Shown: positions 1 to 11,378 of the stretch, piece after piece
Layout: each line of letters opens with the position of its first letter
Numbering within the stretch: the first letter of the stretch is position 1
Source of the DNA: Candidatus Methanoperedenaceae archaeon
Lineage (GTDB): Archaea; Halobacteriota; Methanosarcinia; Methanosarcinales; Methanoperedenaceae
NCBI GenBank assembly: GCA_963753595.1
Contig: CAVWCX010000014.1
Span: 39,196 to 103,195, forward strand
Direction of reading: 5' to 3'
DNA length: 64,000 bases
Position numbers and translations under genes: made by a program
Notes under the pieces: generated by a model
What the model was told of the DNA's origin: nothing
The model's input: the letters and a program-made list of their open reading frames with translations, nothing else
Databases searched by the model: none

Positions 1-88
1 GTTCAAACGAAAACTGGTAGGCTGGTCGCCAGAACTAAAAAGAAGCGTCTATATCGGGAGTGAGGAGGAAAAAGCAAAGCTAAAAAGA

Positions 89-334
89 GTGAGGGAGGTA
101 AACTTGATGATAGCGATAAATCACCTGTCAGGGAAATTGTCTTCTATCGAACTTAATGATGAGGAAAAAGCACAGTTTGAAGATGTATATAGTTCATTCC
201 TTAAAAATGGAGGCCAACTGATGTACACCCGGAAAAAAACAGGCGTGAAAAATATTGCGTTTTTTGAGCTTAAGGATATTGAAAAAAAAGTACGGGATAA
301 ATCTGAAAAAAATCTGTTGTCTGATATGTTTTAG
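89..334 (+). CDS. hypothetical protein
   Basis: 81-aa ORF convergent with mch; no family recognised. Confidence 0.5.
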   Translation: MREVNLMIAINHLSGKLSSIELNDEEKAQFEDVYSSFLKNGGQLMYTRKKTGVKNIAFFELKDIEKKVRDKSEKNLLSDMF

Positions 335-358
335 GTAAATGAAGAAATTAAACGGGAA

Positions 359-1309
359 TTATATCCCGGTTATACCGTAAGACTCCAGAATAACTTCACT
401 ATTCAGGTGGCCGGAATGGTATGTCTTACCAGTTTCAAGGTCATTTACTGTAATTTCAGCCGGGGCGAACACATTTGCATCGATCTTGAAGAAATCATAT
501 CCCGCATCCTTGAATGTCTTGTAGAATGGTTTGCCGTAATCCTTTGAGGTACTTGACGGTACCATTTTGAATTTATCCTCTTCAAATCCCCGGACAATCA
601 GGAATACCGAACCATAATATATCACGCTGTCATTGGTGCTTCCCATGGCCTTCAGGTCATCCTTGACGACAGGCGCAATTGGCGCGCATCCTGTGCCGCT
701 TATTATTTTTGTGGTATCATATCCCAGTTCATTAAGCTTGAATATCGCTGTCTCGACAACGCGTCCTGAAACCTGGACCGAACCGACAATGCTGGCTGTG
801 GGCGCAACGAGTGCGATCACATTCTCAGATTCAACATGGCATGCTTCTGCTATTGTGTCAATTACCTTTTCATCAGGAAGCTGGTTTGATTCAAGAGCGA
901 TAACAGCATACTCATAATCATCTTCATATTTTATCCGCTCATAGGTTTTCTTGGGTTTTAGAGCAAGAGCCCTTGCAGGACCTGAACCCATAGCGAAATA
1001 TTTATCCACACTAATTCTCCACCCGGCTTTTTGTGCTCCGAGGCATGACATCGCAGGATGATCCGTTGTAACATCTATGAACGCAAGCGGTATATCACTT
1101 ATTTTATGTACTGATACTGAACAACCTCCGAATCCCCCCATACAGATCTCTGTGAACAAAAGACCGGCTTCATATCCACCTGGTACGTTTATTCCGCAAT
1201 CTATGACTTTGCCGCCGTTTTTCAGTTCCATGGCCTTGATTTTTAACTCCTCAGACCAATCCATCATTTCTTCTGCAATTTCCATCGCTTTTTCATTAAC
1301 ACTTAACAA
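359..1309 (-). CDS. mch: methenyltetrahydromethanopterin cyclohydrolase
   Basis: 316 aa; MLSVNE start, [46 protein letters not shown] motifs. Confidence 0.96.
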   Translation of the reverse strand: MLSVNEKAMEIAEEMMDWSEELKIKAMELKNGGKVIDCGINVPGGYEAGLLFTEICMGGFGGCSVSVHKISDIPLAFIDVTTDHPAMSCLGAQKAGWRISVDKYFAMGSGPARALALKPKKTYERIKYEDDYEYAVIALESNQLPDEKVIDTIAEACHVESENVIALVAPTASIVGSVQVSGRVVETAIFKLNELGYDTTKIISGTGCAPIAPVVKDDLKAMGSTNDSVIYYGSVFLIVRGFEEDKFKMVPSSTSKDYGKPFYKTFKDAGYDFFKIDANVFAPAEITVNDLETGKTYHSGHLNSEVILESYGITGI

Positions 1310-1470
1310 AATAATTCACCGCCTATTAGTACACCTAGTTAGTAGGAAAAACATGTTTATAAGGTTTTTGAATTATTATTTTTTGCAGGCAATTATTGAT
1401 AACGATTGTTCACATTGGAGTATCTAATTATATATGGTCGGACTTCCTTAATTGTCCGGGAGACATAATT

Positions 1471-2085
1471 ATGAAATATGATACATTAGCTTCAAAAGAA
1501 GTAATAAAAAGAGCAATGGAAGCCTTGAAAGCACGTAATATCAAAGTCGAGCTTGTAAATACTAAAGAAGACGCACTTGGGAAAATTACTACTCTGATAC
1601 CGCCGGGGAAAGAGGTAATGACCGGCGGCTCAACAACACTTGATCAAATCGGTTTTACTGATATGCTTAAATCCGGGAAACACCCCTGGGAAAACCTGAA
1701 AGGCCAGATTCTTGCGGAAAAAGATCCTGGTAAACAGATGGAGCTTCGTAAGAAAAGTGTCACATCGGAATATTTCCTTGGAAGTGTTCATGCGGTTGTG
1801 GAAACAGGGGAAATTCTCATCGTGAATGCGACAGGAAGCTCGATTCCATCCGATGCTTTCTCATCGGACAATGTTATATGGATCGTGGGGACACAAAAAA
1901 TTGTTCCAACACTGGAAGAAGGATTTAAACGTATTCGTGAATATTGCGTTCCACTTGAAGATAAGCGAATGAAAAGCATCGGTTATCCGGGCACTACGAT
2001 CGGGAAATACCTTCTCTTTGAAAGAGAAATAAATGAGAACAGGAAAATAAATCTTATTTTCGTAAATGAAAAGCTGGGTTTCTGA
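1471..2085 (+). CDS. LUD-domain (LutC-like) protein
   Basis: GGSTTLDQIG, GSVHAV, VGTQKIV motifs; ATG at 1471 preferred. Confidence 0.8.
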   Translation: MKYDTLASKEVIKRAMEALKARNIKVELVNTKEDALGKITTLIPPGKEVMTGGSTTLDQIGFTDMLKSGKHPWENLKGQILAEKDPGKQMELRKKSVTSEYFLGSVHAVVETGEILIVNATGSSIPSDAFSSDNVIWIVGTQKIVPTLEEGFKRIREYCVPLEDKRMKSIGYPGTTIGKYLLFEREINENRKINLIFVNEKLGF

Positions 2086-2107
2086 CCCGCTTTTATTTCT
2101 TTTTTGC

Positions 2108-2671
2108 CTAAAATCCTGCTATAAACAATATCCCGAACAGGATAAACAACGCGCCTGCGCCCAGCTTTATTTTTGCCAGCGGTACAATTTCGCAGAGTTT
2201 TTTGCCGGCAAGTATCCCCAGAAGGCTTATTGCCGCAAGGGCGAGAACCGCGCCTGTAAAGACCAGATATGGCGAATTATATTTCGCCGAAAGTGTGATC
2301 GCTGATAGCTGGGTCTTATCTCCCATTTCTGCAAGTGCTATCATGCTGAAAGTGGAAATAAAAGGGTTGACTACCGGCGAATTATTATCCCCATCGCATT
2401 CTTCTTTCGATCTTAGCATCATTATCCCGAAAATAATGAACATGAGGCCGGCTATTATCTTAATAATATTTTCGGGGATCAATCGTAATAGTCCTTCCCC
2501 GACAAGAACGCCAAGGCCGGTCACAACAATAAAGGCAAGTACGACACCTGAAAAGACCTTCTTGCGGTCATATCTTGCAGATAATGCGATCACTGTAAGC
2601 TGGGTTTTATCGCCAAGTTCGGCAAGGGCAATAAGGCCAAATGTTGTTAAAAGGGGTGTAAGTTCTTCCAT
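2108..2671 (-). CDS. TMEM165/GDT1 (UPF0016) Mn/Ca transporter
   Basis: two E(L/M)GDKTQL repeats; hydrophobic. Confidence 0.93.
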   Translation of the reverse strand: MEELTPLLTTFGLIALAELGDKTQLTVIALSARYDRKKVFSGVVLAFIVVTGLGVLVGEGLLRLIPENIIKIIAGLMFIIFGIMMLRSKEECDGDNNSPVVNPFISTFSMIALAEMGDKTQLSAITLSAKYNSPYLVFTGAVLALAAISLLGILAGKKLCEIVPLAKIKLGAGALFILFGILFIAGF

Positions 2672-2841
2672 AATTATATACTCTTATCTTATACGTTTTT
2701 TAATCTATTTTTTAAACTTCTTCTTGCTGCTATTCGCAGTGAACTAACAAATATTTTTGCATGCATTGGTTTTTCTCTGAAGCTTGAATAATAATGCTTA
2801 TATCCATAAACATCATTATGGTAATCATTATGATAAAAAAA

Positions 2842-2961
2842 ATGATCGAATATGAGTGTTTGGTATGCGGACACCATATCAAGAGTGATTCTTCAGAGAG
2901 AAAAATGTGTTCTGAATGTGAAAATGGTATCTATGCACCAGTTACTACTATCCTTTTATGA
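2842..2961 (+). CDS. small zinc-finger microprotein (39 aa)
   Basis: manual translation MIEYECLVCGHHIKSDSSERKMCSECENGIYAPVTTILL; two CxxC; below the ORF-track cutoff. Confidence 0.65.
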   Translation: MIEYECLVCGHHIKSDSSERKMCSECENGIYAPVTTILL

Positions 2962-3228
2962 ATGCAAAAAAACCAAAGTTACCTGATAACTCAAGAGGAC
3001 TTCAGAATATCCAGCATATCGTTGGTGGAACATATAACATTTTGTTAGTTCTTGTAGGCGTCTCTTTCGGAAAAAACGATACTTCACTTGGTATCGTGAT
3101 GTCCGTTCTCACATTTGTTGTAGCAAGATTATCATCTGAAATATCTTTTCAAACATCAATAAAAGTGGTAAGAGAATATTCCAATTCCAAAGAGAATTAG
3201 GAAAAAAATTCCAGGAACTGGAAAAATA

Positions 3229-3612
3229 CTACTTTCGCCTCTCAAACACCAGCATATACAGGTCAGGTCTTGGCATTTTCCCCGCGCCTCTTGCAAATTC
3301 CGGATAGCATCGCGGGCACAGCGTGCGCCAGTTAAGCGATGCAACGATGGAGCTTCCGGGTACAAGACGCGCAAATGTCACTGTTGGATTGACACCGAGG
3401 TTTGCGGCCATTTCTTTGACCAATGGCAGGATTTGCGGTCCAAAAACCTCAAGGTCATCAACTTCAAGACCTCTCATATTTGCTGTAATACCCGAACATC
3501 CGCAGGGCAGGGCAAACATATCAAGTTCTATTAAAAGTACCGGCCTGCCTATCAGTTTTCTTAACTTTTCTTCAAATCCTGCCCTGTTTTTTAAAATCTC
3601 TTCTAAAATCAT
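3229..3612 (-). CDS. conserved Cys-containing protein (DUF5402-like)
   Basis: LPCGC and CPRCYP motifs; ATG at 3612 overlaps the U32 stop by 4 nt. Confidence 0.6.
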   Translation of the reverse strand: MILEEILKNRAGFEEKLRKLIGRPVLLIELDMFALPCGCSGITANMRGLEVDDLEVFGPQILPLVKEMAANLGVNPTVTFARLVPGSSIVASLNWRTLCPRCYPEFARGAGKMPRPDLYMLVFERRK

Positions 3613-4649
3613 GTTTTCACCGCTATTGTATCCCATGGCACACACATCTGGTGCTGGGTTCCCCCATTTGAATAAACCTGAGTGACCTTCTTTGTAAGTG
3701 TCTTGCAATAACCGCATTTGTTGCATACTTTTTTGCAGCTGGTCCATTGTTTCTCAAGGACTCCATCAAGGCTTTTATTGGGAATATTATACAGGTCTTT
3801 TAAATCCTTAGGACAGTCCAGGATGTCCATGAGATTCCCGTCATAACTTTCATTATAGTATGCATTCACACAATTCAATGTCCACTCAACAAAATGCGTC
3901 CTGCCCCCGATCTTATAAACATCAGTGATATCTTTGTAGAGCTTTATATCCTCAGGTCTTATCCACGGGGATTTTATGATCAATTCCGGATTTTCGATCC
4001 TTAATTCAAGACATTTCAAGTAATAATAATCATCAAGAACATTTGGTCTTGGTTCAGGCCCGAAAGCATGAGAGAAGAAGTTAAAATGCGCATTCCTGAA
4101 CGCACAGCGATACAGGCATCCTTCATTCACAAGGAGCTTTAATTCACAATCCACAGAATCCCTGATGGCATGAAGAACATCGAAATGCCGGTTTACATTT
4201 GAATCGATAACTATTGATTTTGCGCCAAGGTCCTCGAAGAACTCAGCTTTTTGCGGGGAATCCACAAAAGCAAGCACTGATACTACAACATCCACATCAA
4301 ACTCCCTTGAAATGGTCTCAACAAGATAAGGATCGGCAACAACTATGGAATCGACCCCAATATCCACAAGTTTTTCAACATACCAGTGGTTTGTCCTGTA
4401 CCCTTCTGGTGTAAGCTGGCGTCCTCCCATGCAGCTTGAATTCAGCACAAGTTCCATCTTTACCCCGTTATTGTGGGCGAACTCAGTCTGTTCCTTTATA
4501 TCCTCAAGCTGGGGAGATGCAAGATTACTCCTTCCCGTGCCTATATAATCAGGGGAACCTGCCATGAAAATAGAGTATATTTTCTCTTTCCGGGTCAATA
4601 ATTCCTTGAGGCTGTCGATATGTCCGGGGGATGGGACGAAAAGCTTCAT
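3609..4649 (-). CDS. U32 peptidase family Fe-S protein
   Basis: LNSSCMG, NEGCLYRC, WIRPED, KIGGR, CxxxCxxCxxC C-terminus. Confidence 0.88.
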   Translation of the reverse strand: MKLFVPSPGHIDSLKELLTRKEKIYSIFMAGSPDYIGTGRSNLASPQLEDIKEQTEFAHNNGVKMELVLNSSCMGGRQLTPEGYRTNHWYVEKLVDIGVDSIVVADPYLVETISREFDVDVVVSVLAFVDSPQKAEFFEDLGAKSIVIDSNVNRHFDVLHAIRDSVDCELKLLVNEGCLYRCAFRNAHFNFFSHAFGPEPRPNVLDDYYYLKCLELRIENPELIIKSPWIRPEDIKLYKDITDVYKIGGRTHFVEWTLNCVNAYYNESYDGNLMDILDCPKDLKDLYNIPNKSLDGVLEKQWTSCKKVCNKCGYCKTLTKKVTQVYSNGGTQHQMCVPWDTIAVKT

Positions 4650-4742
4650 GATTTTCCCTCTTGGTTCCAATTATGATAAATGTTTTGCAGGATTATGTTG
4701 AAAACAGAAAGAGCTTAATACTGAAAAGTAATTTAAATAAAT

Positions 4743-4970
4743 ATGGGTATTATAATTGCTGTCTCAAATATAAAAACATCCTTTCCTTTAGATGTTAATA
4801 TTGAAGCGCTCGCGGTTGTTTCCCTCATTGTTTCGGTTTTTATCGCATTGTTGGTTTTAGATTCCAGATATTGGAACAGATGGGCTTCAAGCACTCTTGA
4901 TGCGATCACAATTCCTATGCTAATTGGTTTTGCGGGGATCGTTGTTTATAAAATCACTTTAATAGTATAG
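4743..4970 (+). CDS. small membrane protein
   Basis: 75 aa with two hydrophobic helices. Confidence 0.55.
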   Translation: MGIIIAVSNIKTSFPLDVNIEALAVVSLIVSVFIALLVLDSRYWNRWASSTLDAITIPMLIGFAGIVVYKITLIV

Positions 4971-5724
4971 GCAATATGCCAAAAAGAAGTATATTTGAAG
5001 TACCGTTGATAGCCAGGATAAAGGGAAAACTCCTTGTTTTCTGAAATATATAACCTATAACAATTCCAAAAATGCTTGCTAATAATATCTCGTTGATCTG
5101 CCCATAAACAGAATGCATTATTCCAAACAAAATACCGGTTACGATAAGTCCATTCTTTAAGCCAATAACTTTTTCAAGCCTTGTCTGGAGTATTGATCTG
5201 AAAACAAGCTCTTCCCCTACCCCTATGAAAACAAACATCACAATTGCAATTTTTACAAGGTTAGAAAGCTGGATATTTTCGATCAGGGCCAAAGGGTCAA
5301 GAATACGGTACTCAAGTGCTGCAAATGCCATACCGATAATAAGAGCAATGGGGATGTAAATGCGGAGATGTTTGAAATTTATTCCGAGTTCACTTAACGA
5401 AATTTCCTGGTTTTTTATTATAATATAAATTGGTATGAACATGACCCCATTTATCAAGACATACCAGAGCAGTGTAACTGTAAAGAATTGGGGCATTATG
5501 AGACTTATAATCCGCATAAGGATCAATAATATCATACTTTGATGGACTTTTTTAACATCTGATTGGAAATTGCTGAAAATTAAGGCAAAGCTTATTAATT
5601 GAAGGTTTATTATATGTATTGGCAGGCCGATATTCACCTGACCAAAAAACATCATTAGTTCACCGGACACTATTCCCAGTGCAGGCAGATAGATTTCTCT
5701 TTTCATTTTGTTACATTCTCCCAC
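4954..5724 (-). CDS. CPBP (CAAX/Abi) intramembrane protease family protein
   Basis: EELVFRS and FGIMH motifs; last conserved His appears as N (AINGTSN). Confidence 0.85.
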   Translation of the reverse strand: MGECNKMKREIYLPALGIVSGELMMFFGQVNIGLPIHIINLQLISFALIFSNFQSDVKKVHQSMILLILMRIISLIMPQFFTVTLLWYVLINGVMFIPIYIIIKNQEISLSELGINFKHLRIYIPIALIIGMAFAALEYRILDPLALIENIQLSNLVKIAIVMFVFIGVGEELVFRSILQTRLEKVIGLKNGLIVTGILFGIMHSVYGQINEILLASIFGIVIGYIFQKTRSFPFILAINGTSNILLFGILPILLK

Positions 5725-5987
5725 TTATTTATTCAGTCGTTAGATTATCTTATTTAAATAACCATAGTGATGGGTATAAAGGTTATGTTTTGTTCTGACA
5801 CTCTCCATATGTCTTTATTTAGTTTTTATTTATAGTAATACCCATAAGTGGCGAAGGTAAGTTTAGACAACCATAATCTATTTCAATCTAATATATCAAT
5901 ACTATATTGCCTGTTGGAAAATTTACATTTTTTCCATTTATGAGTTGTTTAGGGGTAGAAGTTTAGAAAAACTGTTAAGGGGAAATA

Positions 5988-7166
5988 ATGAAAATAAGGG
6001 AAATAAATCGTGTTGATGAATTCAAATCTATTAGAGGAACATGGAATGACCTTCTTGGAAAGAGCCGAGATAGAAACATATTTTTAACATGGGAATGGCT
6101 TTTCAAGTGGTGGGAACACTTTGGTACTAACAAAAAGCTGCAAATATTGATAATTGAAGATCAGGGTGATACAATTGGTATTATGCCAATGCTTTGTTCA
6201 ACTTATCATACTTTCCTATTTAGCTATAATATTGTCGAAAATATTGGAATGAATCTATCTGATTATGGAGGTATTATTTATTCAGATATGGATGATGGTC
6301 AACTCAACAAGATGTTTGACCTGATAAAAGATTACCTTAGCTATAATAAACTTACTCTTCGCTTCGACCAGGTGCCTGATGATTCGAAGTTCCTTAACAT
6401 ATTGCATAAACAATCTTTCCATCAGGATTCATTGTTCATAGGAGAGAAAAAAACAGGTGTCTCCTCATATATACCCATTCAATCGTCATTGGATAATCAC
6501 TTAAATAAATTGAGTAAAAATTTTAGGAAAAATTTGCGCAGAGGAGAGCAAAATATTGAGAAAAAATATGGTAAAATAAAATTTAATAAAATATTAACAC
6601 TAAATTCCTTAGATAATAATTTAAAAGACTTTTGGGATTTGAATCAAAAAAAAATGAATAACCAAAATTTACCATGTTTTAATAAAATCCAAATGGAATT
6701 TTTGACCGAAGTATCAAAAGAATTTGCAAACAACGGATGGTTAAGCCTGTCCTTTCTGGATGTAAATGGACAACATGCATCTGTTGTTTTGGGTTTTGAA
6801 TATGAGGATAGATATTATTTTTATCAGACAGGATCTGACCCAAATTATTCATCATATTCCATTGGTAACATTCATATATTATATATATTAGAAGATTTAA
6901 TTGTAAGAGGTTTAAAAAAATTTGATTTCTTAAGGGGAGGTGAAGGATATAAACTTAGATGGCAGTCGCTGCCAAAAAGCAATAATCGGATAGTTATTAT
7001 GCCAAAAAGTTACATTTCTAAGTTTCAATTCAAGATACTAAATTTGATTTTTCTATATGATGAAATCAAAAAACACAACCTAATAGAAAATTACAAATTA
7101 TTTAATTATAAAATTAAACAAATAAATGAAATCGAAAAAATAAAACTAAAAAATAAGATGCAATAA
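5988..7166 (+). CDS. CelD/BcsL-like GNAT acetyltransferase
   Basis: IFLTWEW, SDYGG, FDFLRGGEGYK motifs. Confidence 0.85.
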   Translation: MKIREINRVDEFKSIRGTWNDLLGKSRDRNIFLTWEWLFKWWEHFGTNKKLQILIIEDQGDTIGIMPMLCSTYHTFLFSYNIVENIGMNLSDYGGIIYSDMDDGQLNKMFDLIKDYLSYNKLTLRFDQVPDDSKFLNILHKQSFHQDSLFIGEKKTGVSSYIPIQSSLDNHLNKLSKNFRKNLRRGEQNIEKKYGKIKFNKILTLNSLDNNLKDFWDLNQKKMNNQNLPCFNKIQMEFLTEVSKEFANNGWLSLSFLDVNGQHASVVLGFEYEDRYYFYQTGSDPNYSSYSIGNIHILYILEDLIVRGLKKFDFLRGGEGYKLRWQSLPKSNNRIVIMPKSYISKFQFKILNLIFLYDEIKKHNLIENYKLFNYKIKQINEIEKIKLKNKMQ

Positions 7167-7198
7167 TATATTCACACATTTGGAACCAAGGTTAAATT

Positions 7199-8470
7199 AT
7201 GCGTTTTCTCTGGAAAATCTACAACGACTCACTCGTTAAAAATTTTCTTTACCTTATGGCGACTAATTTCTTAAATCTTATCCTCGGTTTCTTTTTCTGG
7301 ATTATAGTTGCCAGATACTACACTCCAGATGAAGTTGGAACAACTTCGGCATTATTATCAAGCATGTCCCTGATTTCAATGATAAGTACCTTAGGTTTCC
7401 AGACATCTTTTATATTCTACCTGCCAAGAGACCGGATAAACGCCAGCAGAATTATAAACTCATGCATGACTTCAAGTATCGTTGCTTCGCTTTTTTTTTC
7501 ATTTATTTTTATTTCAGGACTCAACATCTGGGCGCCGCCATTGAAATCTATTCTTGATGATTTAGAATTCGTCATGCTTTTTGTTACAGTTACGACTGTT
7601 ACTACTATATCCGGTCATATCAGCAGCGCTTTCATAGCGGGAAGGAGATCTTCATTTCACATGACAAATCAAATCCTGTTTGGTTTTTTTAAGATTGTCC
7701 CCCTCCAGGTGTTTTCAGTCTTCGGGGCTATGGGCATATTTATGGCGTGGGGTTTAGGAGTAATGATTGCCGTAGCCATTGGATTTTTTTTGTTATCATT
7801 GGTATGGAAAGGTTATTTTCCCACCCTAATGCTTGATCCCATAATTAAAAGGATGGCAGGATATTCGGTAGGGAACTATCTTGCTGAGATTTTTTCTACT
7901 CTTCCGAAACTTGTCCTACCTATAATGATAGTTAATTTGGTTTCTGCAGAATCTACAGGTTTCTTCTATATCGCAATGATGATAGGGGGTCTTCTCTATG
8001 GGATTCCACAATCAATATCAAACTCACTTCTTGCAGAATCCTCAGATGGCGGGGAATTATTGCTCAAAGTGAAAAAATCAATAAAATTAAATGCCGCTAT
8101 TCTTATTCCAGGAGTTCTGTTTTTTTTGTTTTTCGGTAAATTTGTACTTAATCTTTTCAATCCGCTCTATGCCGAGAATGCATCCATTACTCTATTAATA
8201 CTTACAATTGCGAGTTTTCCAGTTTCCATTAATACCCTGTTTACAGCTGTCAGAAACGCTCAAAAAAGAGTTTCCAGCGTTGTAAAGATTAACGCTGCAA
8301 TTGCTGCAATTACTCTTGCTTTCGCCTTGCCTTTTGTAAGAAGTGCAGGTATCGAGGGGGCAGCTTTTGCATTTCTTGCAGCAAATTCTCTTGCTGCGAT
8401 TGTTGTGGCCTATAAGATGAGAAACCTGAACGGATTTGTTTTAGAATCGGCAATATCAAAAATAAAGTGA
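7199..8470 (+). CDS. oligosaccharide flippase (Wzx-like)
   Basis: 423 aa, about 12 TM segments, LGFFFWIIVARYY. Confidence 0.85.
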   Translation: MRFLWKIYNDSLVKNFLYLMATNFLNLILGFFFWIIVARYYTPDEVGTTSALLSSMSLISMISTLGFQTSFIFYLPRDRINASRIINSCMTSSIVASLFFSFIFISGLNIWAPPLKSILDDLEFVMLFVTVTTVTTISGHISSAFIAGRRSSFHMTNQILFGFFKIVPLQVFSVFGAMGIFMAWGLGVMIAVAIGFFLLSLVWKGYFPTLMLDPIIKRMAGYSVGNYLAEIFSTLPKLVLPIMIVNLVSAESTGFFYIAMMIGGLLYGIPQSISNSLLAESSDGGELLLKVKKSIKLNAAILIPGVLFFLFFGKFVLNLFNPLYAENASITLLILTIASFPVSINTLFTAVRNAQKRVSSVVKINAAIAAITLAFALPFVRSAGIEGAAFAFLAANSLAAIVVAYKMRNLNGFVLESAISKIK

Positions 8471-8476
8471 TGAATA

Positions 8477-9001
8477 ATGACCTCTCCTTTAGACCATATC
8501 TTTATCCCGGTTGCCATACTTCTATTATTTTCAAAGAAGCTCAAATTGAATCAAAGAGAAGTAATTGCTCTTAGTTTTTTTGCAGTGCTTCCGGATATAG
8601 ACGGCATTTTTCTTGGCTCAAATAGTATCCCGTTCCACAGGGTACTATTTCATAATATTTTTATAGTAATCATTCCTCTCCTGTTTTTTATGTTTGCAAA
8701 GAGTAACAGGGGAGTGTTCGGCATAATATGCTTCTACCTTATGTCCCATCTAATTCTCGACCTGTTCACTGGAGGTATATTCCTGTTTTATCCATTTTAT
8801 AACAACGTATTTTTTGCCAATGTAGAACTTTTGTTGAACATTGATAGTTTCATACCAGTGCTAGAATATGGCATTAGCAATAAAATTATGAACAATGGAA
8901 TAGGAGAGCCAGTAATCTCAAGTGAGAATGTCGCATTGGCCATATTATTAATTATTTGTGCAGCAATTTCAGCTATTGTCATCCATAGAAAAACAGAGTA
9001 A
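8477..9001 (+). CDS. membrane metal-dependent hydrolase (YdjM-like)
   Basis: LPDID, HRVLFH, SHLILD motifs. Confidence 0.8.
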   Translation: MTSPLDHIFIPVAILLLFSKKLKLNQREVIALSFFAVLPDIDGIFLGSNSIPFHRVLFHNIFIVIIPLLFFMFAKSNRGVFGIICFYLMSHLILDLFTGGIFLFYPFYNNVFFANVELLLNIDSFIPVLEYGISNKIMNNGIGEPVISSENVALAILLIICAAISAIVIHRKTE

Positions 9002-9026
9002 AGTAATACTTATACGAGATTCGATC

Positions 9027-10070
9027 TTAAGAATTTGGTTTTAATTCATTTTTTATCTCTAAACAAATATCCGCAGCTTCCGTATTTACTGGAATTATTT
9101 CAATATCATCTGACTTTGAAACTCCAAGGCCCAGTTCCACTGCTCTCGCTATTTGCTCATCTTCAAAAATACTGCCTATTGAAACTTCGGATGTCGTGCC
9201 ATATATCCGAAGAACTGCTACTCCTACGGCATCAAGTGCAACCCTGTCCCTGCTAGCAATCATTATTCCCGGTTCTATCAATGTCCCCGTAGCAGGGCCC
9301 CCTTTTGAGAATCCCTTGATTCCATCCATAATAATAAATTCAGGTTCATATGCGGTATTGATCTCTGCTATCATCTGCCCCCTGTAGCTTGATGAGTGTA
9401 GCTCATCCATATAATTATACCCGTCCTGGCCTCCTGCTGCCACCATTCCTACGCTATTCTTAAGTGACATTGTGAAGCCACTAAACCCATGTGTTTTAAG
9501 GCAACATGTCTGTACTATTGCATCAGCATCCTCAAAGATCTTTGGAAACAGAAAACCCTTTTTCCAGTGTGCCCTTTCCGGTTGTATCCTTATCCAATCG
9601 CTACTCTTCAGTTCATTAAGAATTACAATATCCACTCCCTTCTTATTAGCAAGCTCTAATACCCCTGTTTCTTTAAGGACTTCTCTTGTATCCCCCGCAC
9701 CACTTCTCTCCGCAAGAACAAGGCTAGCACCTTTTTCTTTGAGCGCATCGACTAATGTCCCGAAAGTATCAATATGTGTTGACGCCGGAAATGGGTCTTG
9801 ACTATTATAGTTTGCTTTAAGTGCGACTCTCTTGCCAGATAAGCTCTTAATATCAAAATATTTCAACAATTCCTTAATTCCATTCTCACGATCATCGGAT
9901 TTTATCACATATACTTGCGACTTCGTGTATTTTTTCAATGGTACCTTCTTCTTTATTGAGATGTTTTTCTCCTCAAAAGTTTCACGCGTATCACTTTTAC
10001 TTAAACAACCCGAAAAAAGTATAGAAAATAATGTAGCTAACCTTCTAAGAAACTCCCTTCTTTTTATCAT
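9027..10070 (-). CDS. DUF362 protein with Tat lipoprotein signal
   Basis: RREFL twin arginine followed by SGC lipobox; LKTH, SLKN, DRVALDA. Confidence 0.85.
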   Translation of the reverse strand: MIKRREFLRRLATLFSILFSGCLSKSDTRETFEEKNISIKKKVPLKKYTKSQVYVIKSDDRENGIKELLKYFDIKSLSGKRVALKANYNSQDPFPASTHIDTFGTLVDALKEKGASLVLAERSGAGDTREVLKETGVLELANKKGVDIVILNELKSSDWIRIQPERAHWKKGFLFPKIFEDADAIVQTCCLKTHGFSGFTMSLKNSVGMVAAGGQDGYNYMDELHSSSYRGQMIAEINTAYEPEFIIMDGIKGFSKGGPATGTLIEPGIMIASRDRVALDAVGVAVLRIYGTTSEVSIGSIFEDEQIARAVELGLGVSKSDDIEIIPVNTEAADICLEIKNELKPNS

Positions 10071-10376
10071 AGACTTTTGTTATATTAAGCTTAATTCACG
10101 ATAACTATTTCTCCTAATCTACTCGGTTCCAATTTTTTGGTTACAGCACTTGTGCAATACCCCAAAATAACGATTGATACTATTTTCTACCTCTCCTGAA
10201 GTCATTACACATTTGTTTTAGTTCGTTATAAAATCAAGGCTTCAAACCGTTTTCCCCATAAACAATAATATAGTTGGGCATATTAATAAATGTTATTAGC
10301 GGTGGTTACCAAGACACCCTTGAAACCATTGGTATTTATTAATTAACAGAAAAAAACAAACTAAGCTACCAGTGTT

Positions 10377-11378
10377 CTACTTTTTCGCAGACTGTAAAGA
10401 TTATAATAAATAGGATATACTATTTTAAATAAATATGATGTAGGAATGATATTGAATATTCTTTTTCATATTGGCATCTAAATTTTCTTTTAATTTGTAA
10501 TGAATATCTTTTGGATAAGGAAGTGTTCTACCAAGACATTTTTGCGATATCCCATTTCAGATGCTCTTTTAATGATATCCTATCGATATATAATGTAGGA
10601 TGATATCGAGTTGGTAAATTTCTATTCAGTGATAGATATCTAAATAGATTTTTTTACTGGACTCATCTAAGAGAGATAAGTGTCCACCAGCAGAGATTTC
10701 GTTTTGGTATAATAAAGTTCGTAACATCTCTTTTGAAGAATATGTATTTAATAATACTTCAATATGAGAAAATGGGTAAGGAATAGCATTTATATATTCA
10801 AGATTTGTCTTATAATATTTATAAAGTATTTTGAGATCATCTATTGAATTGACTTCTTTAACTCTAAATCCATCCTTTTCAAATCTCCTTATATATTTCC
10901 TATCCTGGTTTGATAAGATCTCGTTCCAGATCTTGTCCGGGCAATGCTCATCTAAATTAAGCACCATATTCCCACCTATTGGGTATCGAAGAGAGTTATA
11001 TCCGTTAAAATGCTCTATTGTTAATTCGCTTAAAGTAGTGATCAGTACGAAGAATAACCTATTATTCTTTGCGATTTTTTTTCACCTCCTATGTGAGATA
11101 TGCAACCGAAGAGTCAGATTTATCAGTAATTATTATATGATTATAATCTGAGCGTGGTAGCGGCACAAGACCCCGAATTCCGGATGAATCTGCAATCGTG
11201 CAAATGCTACTGCCAGCATGGCATATACTAAAAAATAGTGGGATATGCAATTGAAGGATTGTTCTAAGGTTCTTTTCCACTCTAGAGTGTGAAAAAAAGT
11301 TCCTTCTTTGCTTTCGTCACATAATCTTTTCCAGTCTATTGAATTATTATTATTCAATTCCTCTATAATATAACCCAT
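10377..11378 (-). pseudogene. fragmented FemAB/GNAT-like acyltransferase
   Basis: fragments GTFFHTLEWK, PLPRSDY, NQDRKYIRRFEK spread over several frames. Confidence 0.6.
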
